Assembly (NCBI GenBank): GCA_964016885.1
Contig: OZ024743.1
Span: 65,162,001 to 65,226,000 of the forward strand
Reading direction: 5' to 3'
Length of the DNA: 64,000 nt
Source: Eledone cirrhosa
Lineage: Eukaryota
Shown: positions 32,278 to 46,415 of the stretch, piece after piece
Layout: every line of letters starts with the position of its first letter
Numbering within the stretch: the stretch's first letter is position 1
Translations under genes and position numbers: made by a program
The notes under the pieces: generated by a model
Told to the model about the DNA's origin: nothing
The model's database searches: none
The model's input: the letters and a program-made list of their open reading frames with translations, nothing else

Positions 32278-35200
32278 CTAGCAGTGTATCCTGGCGTTGC
32301 AAGGGTAAGAACATTGGTAATACCACCTCCAATGAGAAAAACGTTTATTTGTGAGTGTCTGTTAAAAACTCACGAAAAAACTGACAGGAAACTTGTTTTA
32401 TTTGGAGAAAATTAAGAAGTTGAAAGTACAGTTTAGCTGTCTACGTGCATTGTTCATAGAAATATTGTTGAGCCCCTTCTTTTCATACTCCTTCTGTGAC
32501 AATTGTCCTCCGGCGTTTCCACTCTGTTTTGGCCTATTGGAGTAAATGTGAAAGAGAAAGTTACAGGTTAAGTTGGAAGAAGGTTCCAGTGTCATAGCAG
32601 TAAGGCGTAGGCTACTTACCTCAAAAGTTCATTCGCACTCTTTCCACTAAGTTACTCTTTCTCTCTATCCCTCTCGGTGCAGTCCTTTGCAAATTTCTCG
32701 CGTAGGCCTGGTGTAGATTTGCACCCGATCCATCTGCCCGATGTACATGTCCGCTTTGTACGGCTTTTGGAGGAAGGAGTGACCAGCAGTACGTTGTTCA
32801 GTATTACGAAAAGGTGTGGCAGAGAATCCTGCGTGAACTAACAGCTCAGGTGGAAACTGCTTACCTCGAAGATTCATTCGCACTCGTTCTTGTCAATGCT
32901 CTGTGTGGCTGCCTCTTTGCGAACGCCCTCTTTGTACGCCCTTCATGGAAAATGCAAGAAGCAATAGAGCATGCTGTATTTTAGTGATGAGTCTTGTGAA
33001 CTTGGGTGGAAACTGCTTACCTCGAAGATTCATTTGCGCTCGTTCTTGTCAAGGCTCCGTTTAGTTGGTATTTTTTGGTCTACAGTTAGATGAATGGCGC
33101 ATAAAGGGTTAATGTCTATTGGCAAGAAGTTTTTTGATTAATAAAAGACGGGTTAAAGCAACCTGCAATGTATCATTCTGCGTTGATGTTAGTGGTTTTC
33201 GTTATTGTCAATGGGTTTTTTGGACGGCAAATTCGAGACCCTTCTGTTTCTCCCTCAATAAACTGACTACTATGAAAACCTTTCCATGTTGGCCTGCGGA
33301 TGGTAATGCAGAACGCAAAGGTGAATGTTCAATGGTAATGGGAGTCCTATGTAACAGCAGTAACATTGACATTGCTTACAACATGTCAATCTGCGGAGGA
33401 TATAGCAGTGGCCGTTTGATGTAGGGGAAAACTGTGGAAGGTTTCATCCGAGCTCTTTCTGGTCATTCCTTCTGCCTGTGGTTGTTTCCGAATTCCTGAC
33501 TTATACCTGATTGAAGGAAGAATGGTAATATGAAGGTGTAAATTTCAGTAGTATAAAACCTTACCTTGATTTAGTTCGTTTGAGCACACATGGTATCTTG
33601 GCGTAAAACTTCTTGGTAGACAATGTTCTTTGTTTTCCCTCGTGGAGTGTACGCTAAAAGATTTCCTTTGCTCCCCACTCTGGAGCAGCCTACGTATAGC
33701 TGACCATGTGAGAAGCATGATTCTACCAAGTGAAGTCCTGCCACCGAAAGTGTCTGCCCCTGGGACTTGTTGATAGACATGGCAAAACTTATGCGAAGCG
33801 GGAATTGAAGGCGTCTGAAGGTAAACGGAATTTCTTCACCTGATGGAATGAGTGGTATTCTGGGAACATCCTCTCCTTTTTCACACCCTGAAATAATGGT
33901 GGCTTCAACAATGTGCTGCATTACCTTCTTTATAACCAGACGTGTGCCGTTGCAAAGTTTTGGAAGGTCCAATTTCCTAAGAAGTATTACTGGAGTTCCA
34001 ATTTTTAGTCCAAGTTTATGAGGAGGCAGTCCAAGAGGTTCTAGCGAATTGAGGAATTCAACAGGGTAGTTAACCGCTGTTTTTTGGAGCTAAAATAGCT
34101 CTTTCACATAACGTTATCAGGAAGACTAGGAAACACTTGAGCCTTGAGGTCCTCGACTGTTGACAGTGGTACAAATCGCACTGAGTGACAAGTCGCCATC
34201 TCTAGCGAGGGTAATCTTGTCATCGCCAAGTGACAAAATATCCGAAGCAAACTCTGCTGCCAGTTGGTCGCTGTGCAGTTGGGCTCTCATGTTAGTTGTC
34301 AGGGTCAACCTTGTTACCTTTTGCCACAACAGAGAGGACTTGAGGTACGCCCGGACTTCATCTGCCCTGGTTCCCTTGGGAATAATGGGAAGGGTCTGTC
34401 GGAAGTCGCCGGATAGGAGAAGGGTGACAGCTCCCATCGCAGTCTGGCAGTCTCTGATGTCTTGCAAAGTAGTGTCTAGTGTTTCCAGAGCTCGTTTATG
34501 GGCCATTCATCCCACACTATGAGCCGACACCTTCAGAGAACCAGTCCCTTGTCCAAAGTTTTGCTAATGTTGCATGACGGTGTTTCGGATGTTGCCAAGT
34601 TCAGGGGGAGCTTAAAGGCAGAGTGCGCTGTCCTACCGCTGGGTAACAAAGTTGCAGTAATACAAGAGGATGCCACGGCTAACGCGATGTCCTTGTGCTG
34701 CCTCACTTTGGCTAGAAGAAGCTTAGTTACAAACGTTTTTCCTGTCCCTCCAGGTGCATCTAAGAAGAAGATTCCTCCTTTCTGGTTTTGCACATGGTCG
34801 AAAATAGTGTTGTAGGCCCGCTGCTGTCAGAAGGAGTTTTGGCTCTGTTTCACGGATGTATTGGGCAAGAGTGTCAATATCATAGGCTGTTTCGCGAATG
34901 AGCTCTGTTGGAAGGTTATCCGTCCCTGTCCGTACTGGTTGCGGCAGCCCGTAAGTTGGCAAAGTATTCCCACCCAGTGAAACAGTCCTGTTTTCCACGT
35001 CAATCAAAGCACAGTTGTAGACATCGTCACTGGCAGCATTAAGGCTAGGATACCGCAATTGTGCTTGGTGGTAAAAGTCTTCCGCCAGGGCATCTCTATA
35101 CTTCAATCTGAGACTTCGCAAATGTGCAGAAGCACTGCAAAGAGAGCCCTGAGACTTTTCGGCGACTGAGAAACGGCAGCCTCCGCGAGCGTAGCATCCC

Positions 35201-35870
35201 ACTGTGTACCGTCTTCTAACAGTCCATGTCTTAAGCAGGCCTCTCTGAAAGTAGCGCAAAGCCGACTGTTGACTGTTTTCAAATGTTGGTAAGATGTTGG
35301 TCCCCTAACCTCATGAAGTAGCAGACGAAGGTAGAAACACTCTTGTTGGCTTGGATGAACTGCGTAAACTCTCCCGAGGCAACTGTCAAATTTAATGGCA
35401 GGGTATCCATCAACGTTTTGACCCACCTTCCTCCATTATCATTTCTTTTTTTCCTAGATGTAGTAGGACGGCACCTGTGGATACAGCAAGGTTTAGGTGA
35501 ATGGATCGACTTGACAAAGGCTAAAGAAGGCAGTGAGGGTAGTGTCCTTCGGTTCCTCAACCAATTGAGCAGCAGTGGAAGCAGTAAAGTATACGCGTTG
35601 ACCGTTTCAAGGTGAACAGCAAGTTGTTGGATGGGCAGGTGCCTTTAATGCAAGGGGAAACCGAAAATGCACCAGAAGGCTTCGTTACTGCTTATCTACC
35701 TACCCACTTGGTACTGTGTAACTTCGTCTCGATTGCCGTCTTGCTGCAGGCCAAACATGGCATTGTCTGAGCCCTTATTGATGCACTTGCAGACATATTT
35801 GATTGACTTCACGAAGTTGCAAAACTCTACGTTGATGTGAGCGTCGAACGCCTTGGACAGAATAGGGCAT
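32278..35870 (-). mobile_element. Helitron 3' half, degenerate RepHel (Rep C-terminus + Pif1 helicase)
   Basis: [69 protein letters not shown]. 3' hairpin then CTAG followed by T at 32278. Confidence 0.92.
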
Positions 35871-36312
35871 GGGGCAAATGGCTTGGTACTAACACCAATA
35901 ATAATGTGTGCAACGAGGGTAAGTGATTATGTCTCAGGAAGTATTGCAAAAAAATATTAAAGCAACTGGGGTAAGTGAGAATGTCTCAGGATTGTTAGCA
36001 AAAAAATTAGTAAATGACACTTACTGATTGAAAAATAAGCCGACCGTCGGAAAGGTATTCTCAAGTGTAATTGTTAACCTGGGCTGGCTTGCCTCGCTTA
36101 TGTACCAAGAAGACCTAGCTAAAAATTATCATATTTTTTTCAATCATCATGCATGCGTGTAATGACGCATGCACACATTTCTACATTTTTTCTCGTATAG
36201 CTTTATCGATTTTTATTGTCATTATGCTCAATTATCGCTCACAGTGCGTGTGACAAAATTGCCGAATTAAATGACAAGAAAGGCTTAAAGTTTTAGTGAA
36301 AAAAACGCCTTT

Positions 36313-37680
36313 AACAACAGAAAATGGAAAAATAAAAGCTGCTGTTAATATCTTTAGACAAGATCTCTGAGCAATTCCTTGTTGTCCCTGGAGCGAAGTG
36401 GTGATATTTGTGGACCGGTTGGACCATACACCTCGCTGAGCAGATTGTATAAGAGCTTTGTATCATGTCTATCTGAGCCTTTCTGGATTTCATCAGCCTT
36501 TTTTCTCCACCAGGTGTCCTGCATGGCTCAATCGATGTTGTACACATGCCTTGATCTGCTTGAAGGTCCGGTCACTCCTGTCAGAATGTGTCTAACACAA
36601 CAATGATGTCAGCACTTTTTGTTTCTCTTCAAGCAAGGTCTGGATCACTGCATCATTTTCATCGAACCAGCACTAACATCATAGATGGTTTTCTTCATCG
36701 AACCAGCACTAACATCATAGATGGTTTTCTTCAATGATTCCCACGTGTCTTCACATTCCATGAACTCAAGGGAACTCAACAGCTCAGCTCTGACTTCTGT
36801 CTTCAGACAAGCCAGGTTTAGTTGTTTTGGAAGTGCAACCTTCTCCCCCTAACTTTGGGCTTCACAACAAATTGAAATTTGGCGCACACCAGACAATGGT
36901 CAGTCCAATATTCTGCGTCTCGCAATACACAAACTAATGTGATATCCCTGATATCACGTTTTCTCGTTAAAACAAAATCAATAAGGTGCCACTTCTTGGA
37001 ACCTGGATGCATCCAAGTTGTCTTATATTTGTCTTTCTGCTGAAAGAGTGAGTTCCCAATAACAAAATACATCTTAGCGCACATTTGCAACAGAAGTAGG
37101 CCATTGTTATTGCACTTACCTACTCCATACTTGCCCATCACACTCCAAGCCTCCCAGTCATTACCAACACGTGCATTAAAATCACCAAGGATAACAATCT
37201 TGTCTGCATATGGTATACCATGGATGACCTCTTTCAAAGACATGTAGAAATCTAGTTTTTCATCATCACTGGCACATATAGTAGGAGCGTACACACTGAC
37301 CAGAGTCACAAAGCGGTTTTGAATCAGAGGGACTCTCATAGACATTATCCGATCATTGAATCCACAAGGAAGATTTTCCAGCTTTGAGACGATTCCATTC
37401 CTGACAGCAAATGTGACCCCTGCCTCTCTCCTACAACCCTCTGCTCTACCACTCCAATAGAAGGTATATCCTCCCTTCTGTTCTGAGAATTGACCCGCAC
37501 CTGCCAATCTCATTTCTGAAAGAGCAGCAATGTTCATGCTATAGCGATTGAGTTCCTTCGACACCAAAGGAGATCTTCTTTGAGGGCGAGTTTCACTGGA
37601 TTGGGAATCAAGTAAAGTTCTTACATTCCAGCATCCAATATTCAGAGGTTTGAACCTCTTTGCAGTTGCAGGATGACGAC
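36313..37680 (-). mobile_element. RTE/BovB-like LINE 5' fragment (APE endonuclease)
   Basis: IGCWNVRTL, IAALSE, YAPT, GDFNARVG, WMHP..WHLIDF, TDH. Confidence 0.9.
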
Positions 37681-38145
37681 TGGGCTATATACCTAACTTA
37701 TTGTATTTTTTATTAAAGATAGTGTAGTACCTATGTTGTGTGGGGAAGTGTTTATTCAGCAATTTGAAGAAAGTCCTAGCTATTGGTGTAGAGACCTCAT
37801 GGTTGAAGAGGAGGGGGGGGGGGAGCGGTTGTACCAACTAATTTGCCTATGCCTATTTCTCCTAGGTTGTTTTGGGGTTTTTTCTAGATAAGTAATCCTT
37901 TCTTTAAAGCCACTGCGAGCAAGGGCATCGTTGTAATAAGGGGCAGAAGCACTAAAGATGTCTTCATTGGTTCAGAGACCGGAAATTCTGAGTGAAACGC
38001 TTTTAACTAAATTATCTGTAATATTTTTGGGGTGGTTTGAACTAACACCTAAGTATCTAAGGGATTCATGGTATGGGTAATAGAGGGAAGTATCTAAATC
38101 TAGAGTGACATCTAAAAAGTTGGTCCTAGTCATATTTGATTCTAT

Positions 38146-40075
38146 CATCATCATCATTTTACGTCCGCTTTTCCCTGCTTGCAAGGGTGGGACGGGTCTT
38201 ATTCAGCACAGCATCTCTCCACTCATCACGGTCCTTCATCATCTCCACCGTGAGCTTCAATGATCTGAGGTCTGTTCTCACCACCTCCGCCCATGTTTTT
38301 CGTGGTCTACCTCTACCACGTCTTCCTTCAACTGGCATTTCCTGGCACTTCTTCACCCATCGGTCATCCTCCATGCGCATCACATGTCCATACCACCTCA
38401 GTCTTCTCTCCCGTACACTACATTCTATCCCTCTCAGACACAGTTTCCCTCTCAACACATTTATGCTGGGTCGTTCATGCACATTTACACTGCACATCCA
38501 ACGGAGCATGCTTGCCTCATTTCTTTCCAGCCGTCGCATATCCTCTGCAGTTGCTGCCCATGTCTCACTACCATGCAGCATCGCGCTCCTCACACAGGCG
38601 TCATACAACCGGCCTTTCGTACGCAGGGAGAAAGCCTTCTTCGTCAACAGAGGAAGCAGCTCCCTAAACTTCTTCCAACCCGTCCTTATTCTAGATACTA
38701 TGGCCTCGAAACACCCTCCTCCCATGCTAATCTGATCTCCTAGGTACCGGAAGCTATCCACCACTTCTATAGCGCCCTCCTGCATTTGAAAAATGTGTCT
38801 ATCAATGCGACTTCTACTGTCTAATTTCCCTGTACATCTACTGCATACATATTTCTCCCTACCTGTTAGTTTGCCTGCTATCCCGCTACATCTCTTGTGT
38901 ACCCAGGATCTGCATTGTGTGCATTTTATAGAATTTATGCCAGTTCCTTTTCTTTATATCGAACATGGCCATTTCCCTGACGGAATCAGGGTTTTGTCCT
39001 CTTTTCTACTCATCAACACTTTTGTCTTAGCTAGGTTCACTCTCCGCTTCCAACTGCTGTTTCCATAGCCAGAATTTATTCTCTAGCTCCTCTACTGATT
39101 CTGCTATAAGAACCAGATCGTTAGCATAGAGAAGTTCCCATGGACAGCCAGTCTTAAACTCCTCTGTTATGGCTTGGAGGACTATAATGAACAAGAGCGG
39201 GCTGAGGACCGAACCCTGATGTATTCCTACTTCTATCTGGAATTCCTCACTAAACTCCATTCCTACCCTGACTTTACTGAGAGTACAAAGTTTGCACTGT
39301 CTTCACAAGCCATTCCTCAACACCTAGCTTCCTTAGGGACCATCAGATGACAGATCGGGGTACCCTATCAAAGGCCACCTCTAGGTCAACAAAGGCTAAG
39401 TATAGAGGCTTATTTTTCTCTAAGAACCTCTCTTGCAATTGTCTCACCAAGAAGAGGGCATCTGTTGTACTCTTCCCAAGCACAAAACCAAACTGCATCT
39501 CATCTAGTTTGACCCTTTCTCTAATTAGTTGTGCTAATATCCTTTCTGCCACTTTCATAACCTGATCTATCAGTTTTATACCCCTATAATTGCTCCTCTC
39601 CAGAGCATCCCCTTTACCTTTGTAGCAATTTATGAGAATACTGCTGCACCAGTCTTTGGGTATGACACCACCATATATAGCCTGATTGATGATGCGTGCA
39701 ACCAGTTTAGTGCCTACGTCCCCTGATGCCTTCAGCATCTCAGCAACTATTCCCGATGGTCCAGCAGCCTTACCATTTTTCATTTCCCTAATTGCCTCTT
39801 GGACCCTATATTCGTCAATCTCAATAGCTGGTCCCTCAGTCGGATCTACTAAGGGTAATTTCTCTCTCTCTCCCATTCGTTCTCCACATTCACCAGTCTC
39901 TCATAATGACATTTCCAGGCCTCCTTTTTCTGATCGTTCGTGACACTAAGTACACCGGCATCATCCCGGACACATTTATCTCCAACAACATCCTGATTTG
40001 CATTGACACACTGCCTTGCAATGTGGAACATCGCACGCCTCTGATCTTCCCGTCGCAGAACATTGGCAAATCTTT
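38146..40075 (-). mobile_element. RTE LINE (same type as 12758-14242) nested in PLE
   Basis: [33 protein letters not shown]-like Cys cluster, (GAT)n tail. The PLE reading ITIESN is split around it. Confidence 0.92.
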
Positions 40076-40821
40076 GGTTATTCTAAATCCTAGATTACGG
40101 AAGAACGAGCTTAAGTTTTTCCGAAACCCATTTTGCAAAACAAAAAGGCCATCATCTCAGTATAACCCTCCGGTCAGGCATGTAAAGAGGTTCTTCAGGT
40201 GGTTTAGGATGTACAGGCCCACCAGATCGCTAACTTCAGCTGAGTCACTTGCTCCCATACTGACGTCAAATAGGGTCTTAGACTTCTTGTTAATCCAGTA
40301 AAATCCCTTGTGGTGTAGAAAGGTCTTACGGGCGTGGAGAATCACATCCTACTCAGCGTTGGTGATAGTGGTAAAATTCTTGGCAAAAGCAAGTGCATCC
40401 TTCAGTAGAGGCTCTGAAATAGAAGCGTAGTAGTCTTCTATGTCCAGTTCCAGAAAACTGGTGTAGCGTTTATCGGGCGATTCTTGGAACCAAGAGATTG
40501 CCTCAGAGGTTCTGCTCCAGAGTGGGAGAGGTGAAGCTGCTCGCAGCGATGGTAGTACTCTATCAAGGATCTTTTTGCTGTTTGAACCGGTGTCCGAATA
40601 TCTGGGGTTGATCAGTCTAACCGACGGTTTGTTAAGGAAATTTCCCTTGTGGTCCTTCAGGGTAAAGTGCGAAGTCGTTACCCTTAAAAGTTCAGTTTCG
40701 TCATCTAGTTTAAGGGTCTTTGTTATCTCTTTTCCAACTAATGGTCTCAATCAATGCCATCTCGTTCACCTTTTTGTAAGTGGTCGTGATTGGATTTTTT
40801 GCCAGCTTCTTAGAGGTTGGT

Positions 40822-42037
40822 CGTCATCATCATATCTTGTCGCGCCAGTGCCGTATCCATTGAAGTGCAGTGTCGTTTGCTTCCATCAGGTCTTGGTCGG
40901 AGCATGTGGGTCCCAGTGAGCACCTACGGAGGATGTGGGCTATGGTCTGGGAAGTCTCACCGCAGGGGCACTCAGCGCATGTGGCCAATCCCCACTTGTA
41001 GAGGTTGTCTCCAGTTTTGCCCGTTTTGGCTCTGGCCCTGTTTAGGGTTACCCAGTCCTTTCTGCTAAGAGATGTTCCATTGGGGAGGCTTTCATTTAGA
41101 CTTGGTAAGGCCGCGTTGGGTGGGCGGCAGTCACTCTCCCTCCACTTTTCCAACCTGTAAGCCGCCAATTGTGTATGCTCCAGGCTTTCCACGGTTAAGA
41201 AGCTTTTTCGAGATTTTAATCGTCTTCTTATTTCCTGGTGGCCATAGAGTGGATGCCTGGGATTGTGTTGTTGTTTGTACCGTTCAATTTTTGTGTTGAC
41301 CTCTCGTCGTATGTGGGGTGGTGGAATGTCGGCAAGAGTGTATACGGCTGGAAGGGGAGTTGCCTTTAATGTTCCGGTGATCATCCGGCATGATTTGTTC
41401 AACTCTGGGTCAACTCTGTTTGCATGACATGACGTTGCCCATACTGGTGAACAATATTCTGCGGTGGAGTAGCAGAGTGCCAGTGCTGTTTGCCTCAGTA
41501 TTATGGGATCTGCACCCCAGCTGGTGTTGGTTAGTTTGCTGAGGAGATTATTTCTAGTTGCCAGTTTATTTTTAAGTTTGTCTATGTTGTTTGAAGGAGA
41601 GCGTTCTAACAAGGGAAACTCCGAGGTAAACTGGATGAGGGTGGTTTTCCAGTTCATTGCTGCCCCATCTGAGTTTTAGTTTCCTGTTTGCTTGGTGGTT
41701 GTTAAGATGGAAGGTACACACCTGCATTTTGCTGGCATTAGCGTTAAGGTACCATTTATTTGTAGTATGCAGAGAGAGTTGTCAGGGCATTTGATAGTCT
41801 TTCCTCGATTGTGTCAAAGGAGCCTGACTATGCTGCGATGCAGAGATCATCCGCATATATGAATCTACGAATATTGTGGAACTGCGGTTGGTCATTTGTG
41901 TAAATGTTGAACAGCATAGGGGCTAGCACAGAGCCCTGTGGGAGTCCGTTGTTCTGGACCCTCCACCTACTTCGCCTGCCATCCATCTCAACAAAGAATC
42001 GCCGATTGATGAGCAGTGACTCAATTATGCGGACTGC
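40822..42037 (-). mobile_element. Vingi/Ingi-group LINE, 5'-truncated, nested in PLE
   Basis: GLPQGSVLAP, FIYADD, WGA..ALALCYSTAEYC, CPCG..H..C. (TGA)n tail. TSD AGAGGTTGGT at 40812-40821 and 42038-42047. Confidence 0.85.
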
Positions 42038-42924
42038 AGAGGTTGGTAAGTCCACCTTATATACGTTTTTGGTTTTATCAGAGGGGATATGGAGATTGGG
42101 GGAACTTTTCATTTCAAAATTTATATCTCTGATCATTTTGAAGAGGTCTTACTCAAATGGTTCAAGTAGGCTGTTAGGGTGGTACCTTATTCATTTTGAA
42201 ACCGAATTTCTCATCATTAGTAGATACTACATCAGAGTGGTTGAAGAAGAAGGTTCTTCATCTAATATGCTTAATGAACTCGTCTGTACGTCTGATGAGT
42301 ATTTTTAAGTATTGTTTCCTTGGAAGGATCTGGATATTCTTCAAGGAGATATCGATATCGAGTTCTGCAAAAACTAGATGGTTAGAATTTAAAGGTTAAT
42401 TCCGCAACTTTACAAAATACTAGCTCAGTAAATGTGTGTAATATAGCTTCCAGATTTTTGTAAACAACTAAAACAAACGATTATGTCTTAAGCAGAATCT
42501 CATATGCATTGTTGGGATATTCTATATAAATTTGGTCATTCAGATTCGGTGTTTGGCGCTTTTGAAAATAAGACATCTTTGGTCAAAGTTTTAAAACTAT
42601 CTATCTGACAAGAAACATCAGATAAGAACATGGTATTTGTGTCAAACATAACATACTGAGGTTTTATCCCAGTATTCTGTTTGAGACTCCACCTATTAAG
42701 GGGACCTTATAAATATTTCCTTGAAGGACATAAAAATAATTCCTAAAAACAGTGATGTCAGCAAGAATGTCCATGAATGGCAGTGAAAGTGAAATAATTA
42801 CATCTATTCAGTTTATAAGAAATTATGAAGGTGAACTTATGAAATACTACAAAAACGCAATCTTGTGGTCCTATAGCAATACTTCTAGAATTATGTTTTA
42901 CCTGGCATTTCTTAATACATGTAG

Positions 42925-45501
42925 AAAAACAACTACTATCACAATCAACAAAAAAAAAAAGCAAATTCCTTGCTACAAACGAAATACAGTTAGAAAGGGT
43001 AAATGATTTAATGAGACACTTGTTTCTGCTTATTGTGCGATAACTTCTCCACATCAGGTGAAATATTTGTCGATGACAGGAGCAAAACATCATCCAGGTG
43101 GTCTTCACGCAACCTTGTTCTTAAATGACTTTTAGTATATTTCATTTTGGAAAAAAAGTTGTTCACAAGCATATGTACTTCCAAATATTGATATCATCAG
43201 TTTCGCATTAGTCAAGATGTTTTTATATTTTCCGCTTGGCAATATATATTTCTTGTAGAAGTCAGCAGTGGATTCGAACTGAAATTTCGATTTCAAAGAT
43301 TCGTCGCACTGTAAGTCAATTAACTCCAACTGATATTCTTCTGCCACTTGCTTCACATCTGTTTCGTACGGAGTACCAAATAACTTAAATAGAGTTCCAT
43401 ATTGCCGGGAGTCAGCAAAACGAGAGGAAAACTTGCTTCTCAAATCCTTAATAGAGCTCACAAAGATGTCTGGTATTATATCTCTCTTGTGATTTTGGAG
43501 ACTTGGGAAATGAGAGTAGTTTCCTTTTCGAAGTTTTCTCTCAAAAGCAGTAATTTGACCAAACATCTTTCCTTGTTGTTTCCTTGAAGCTCAAGATTCA
43601 AAGTGTTCATGTGGGTCATGATGTCCACTAAAAAAGTTAACTTGACAACCCACTGTGAATCCTGAAAGTAAGAATTATCTTGGTCTTTGCTCTCTAAAAA
43701 CATAGAAATCTCTTCTCTCAATGCATATACTCGTTCTATCATTTTTCCGCGGCTAAGCCATCGAACATTTGAAAAATATGTAAGGTCGCCATACTCTGCT
43801 TCAATTTGTTTTAGAAATTCTTGAAACTGGCGGTGATTTAGTCCTCTTGATAGTATAAAATTCACTGTTTTCACGACCACTGTCATCATGTCCTTAAAAT
43901 TCAGTGACTTTGCACATAATGCTTCTTGATGAATAATGCAATGAAGTTTGATTAGTTTTTGATCAATACCGATGTGGTTTTGGAGCAATGCAACAAACCC
44001 CTTTTTCTCTCCAACCATTGCTGGTGCTCCATCTGTGACTACTCCAGAAAGCTTTGATAAATCCAGATTCATTTCGGTAATCCATTTTATTATGCTTTCC
44101 AAAATATCTGCTCCAGTGCTAGTGTCCTTCATAGGAATCAATTGTACAAATTCTTCCACAATATCAAATGTTGGTTTTACACCCCTCACAAACACTGCAG
44201 CTTGACAAGTATCCTTTATATCTGTGGATTCATCGATAGCAATGGAATAATACTCCAGATTATTTAAAATGCCTTCCAAGCCACTCCTGACATTTGCTGC
44301 CAGCTCTTCAATTCGCCTTGTTACTGTTCTTGCCGATAAGCTGATCGCAGAAAATAATTCCCTTTTTTCTGGACAAACATCTGCTCCCTTCAACAATAAT
44401 TCTTTGAAGAAATTTCCATCAGTAAAAGGTTTCATCCTTTCTGCAATTAGTTTTGACACCTCGTAGCTAGCACAAGTGTTTTGGTCACTTTCTTCAACTT
44501 TTCTAGTGAAAAAGGATGATTGCTTTGTTACATTATTTCTCGGCAGTATCGGTAGAGGGTCGGACGCCATGCTTTCCAGCATAGTTACGTCCCTTTACGA
44601 TCTGAGTTCAAATCCTGCCGAGGTTGACTTTGCCTTTCATCCTTACGGGGTCGATAAAATAAAGTACCAGTAATGCACTGGGTATTTGCTGGCCTTGTGC
44701 CTAAAGTAGAAACAATTATTTCTCAGCCGTGCAACTTCGTTTACTTGTGCTTTTCCAGTAAAACTGTTGTAATGATTATGACGAGTTTCATAGTGCCGTT
44801 AAATATTTGAAACTTTCTTCACGGCAATGGTTTCTTGACAAATTAAGCAAACACATTTTCCGAAGTGCTCAATGAAAAAATGGCTAAGTGTCCAGCCATC
44901 GTTAAAAGTTTGGCACTCCAAATCCACTTTTCTTTTCTTAGCTTCCATGGGCTTGTTTTTGTTCAAACAAAAAAGATTTATGGAAAGGAAAAAGAACAAG
45001 GTACAGGTATGGTCAGGCAAACGAAGACGACAATAATTCACGAGTGATTTTTTTTGAATGAAATATGGGTTTAAAAGCGAGTCATGCGAACCGTAAGGTA
45101 GTATAACTTCCAGTCGCTGATGAACATGCATACTTCCAGCCAACATTTGTGTTTGTTGACTGGAACAAAACCACATACATGAAATCACAGGAAATAACAA
45201 TACAGGTGATATAATGCTTAATAATACAGGTGATATAATGCTTGGCGGAAAGCCCAGAAAAAGATGGATAAGAAGAAATAATAATAAATGGAAAATATAA
45301 TAAGGTTACAAAGGTATCTGTAAATATATACAGTATGAGCAGCGATTTGTGATGGGCAACAGGTTGGCACAACTTGAAGTGCACTACTGTATCTGTTTTC
45401 GATACTAATTAGATAATTAGTGTCCAGTGTAAGATGGCGGGCCGGACAAAAATCACTCGAGGGCTGGATGTGGCCCGCGGGCTGGGGGTTGCCGACCCCT
45501 G
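42925..45501 (-). mobile_element. hAT DNA transposon (SPIN/Buster/GTF2IRD2-like), transposase pseudogene 44948..~43007
   Basis: KKRKVD, CLIC, SLSARTVTRRI, IDESTD, TDGAPAM, HCIIHQEALC, VRWLSRG, FGSTYACEQLF. 5' TIR CAGGGGTCGGCAAC at 45488-45501; 3' TIR not seen. Confidence 0.92.
44542..44714 (+). mobile_element. tRNA-derived SINE (Meta-like central domain) inserted in hAT ORF
   Basis: B box GAGTTCAAATCC; aggttgactttgcctttcatcct..ggggtcgataaa. TSD ATTATTTCTC at 44532-44541 and 44715-44724. Confidence 0.82.
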
Positions 45502-46415
45502 TCCTATAGCAATACTTCTAGGATTATGTTTTACCTGGAATTTCTTCATACATGTATTTTTAACTCAATATACCATATATATATTGTTTTTTCTAATAAT
45601 CTAATATCTATGAAACTACTAGCCTTAAAATATGATATTTTATAAAAACCATATTCAAGCGTTTAGTATTTTCAAAGTTATAGTAGATAAAATATGTTTT
45701 TTTAAATGATAATGTGGTAATTATCACATTTTGCTGAATCTTATTGACATCAGTGATCACTGGTGAACAGGGCATTATATAACAAGAACTAGTTAGTGGT
45801 GTCTACCTTTATGTTAAGTTTTGTGTGATATAGGATATGGTACCATTGTTTATTGGAACCATATATGTTATTAGTAGACAGGTATCTTCTATAGGGTCTT
45901 TGTCTAGTTTTGGAGTAACATGAAAATATATTTTATGGGATGGTAGTTTAGCAGTATTAGTTATAGATGTTATCGAGATACGAGTGACATAATAATGATT
46001 TCAACAGCAGAAATTAGAGAGGAAATATACGTTTATTTTTGATGTAGCACAAACAATGGTGTGGTACAGAGGCTGGTTTCTTGCGTGTGATCAGTCGGCT
46101 CTCCAGTGGCTGTCTGTCTTTTCTTTCTCGCGTTCTCAACCGGCGTTGTTCTATCAAGGGGCGTGAGGCGTCTTACTACAGTACCTCGAGCCAGATTTTC
46201 AAATTATCGAAAATCGATGTCATTACTCACATGTGGAGTAAGATGGCGAACAATGCAACAAGGGGGAGCTATTCACTCTAACAAAAATTGAATCCAGAAT
46301 AAGGATTTGAAAAATGTTTAAAAAAAACAAAAAACAACATGCATGCATAAAAAAAAAACAAGGCAAAGAAAAAACAGAAACACAGAGGCAAAAAAAAAAG
46401 TGCAGCTAACATAGT

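Larger units (their letters stand above)
37690..42370 (-). mobile_element. Degenerate Hydra-type PLE interrupted by two LINE insertions
   Basis: Pieces homologous to 4012..5679 at 42048-42350, 40076-40811 and 37690-38145 (KNIQI, PSDKTKN, TLKDHK, DIEDYYASI, MGASDSAE, NFLDVT). Confidence 0.88.

Noticed and set aside
35880-36312. Possible Kolobok/MITE end (TTAA-AGG on minus strand) with a small hairpin
   Set aside because: No matching second terminus found.
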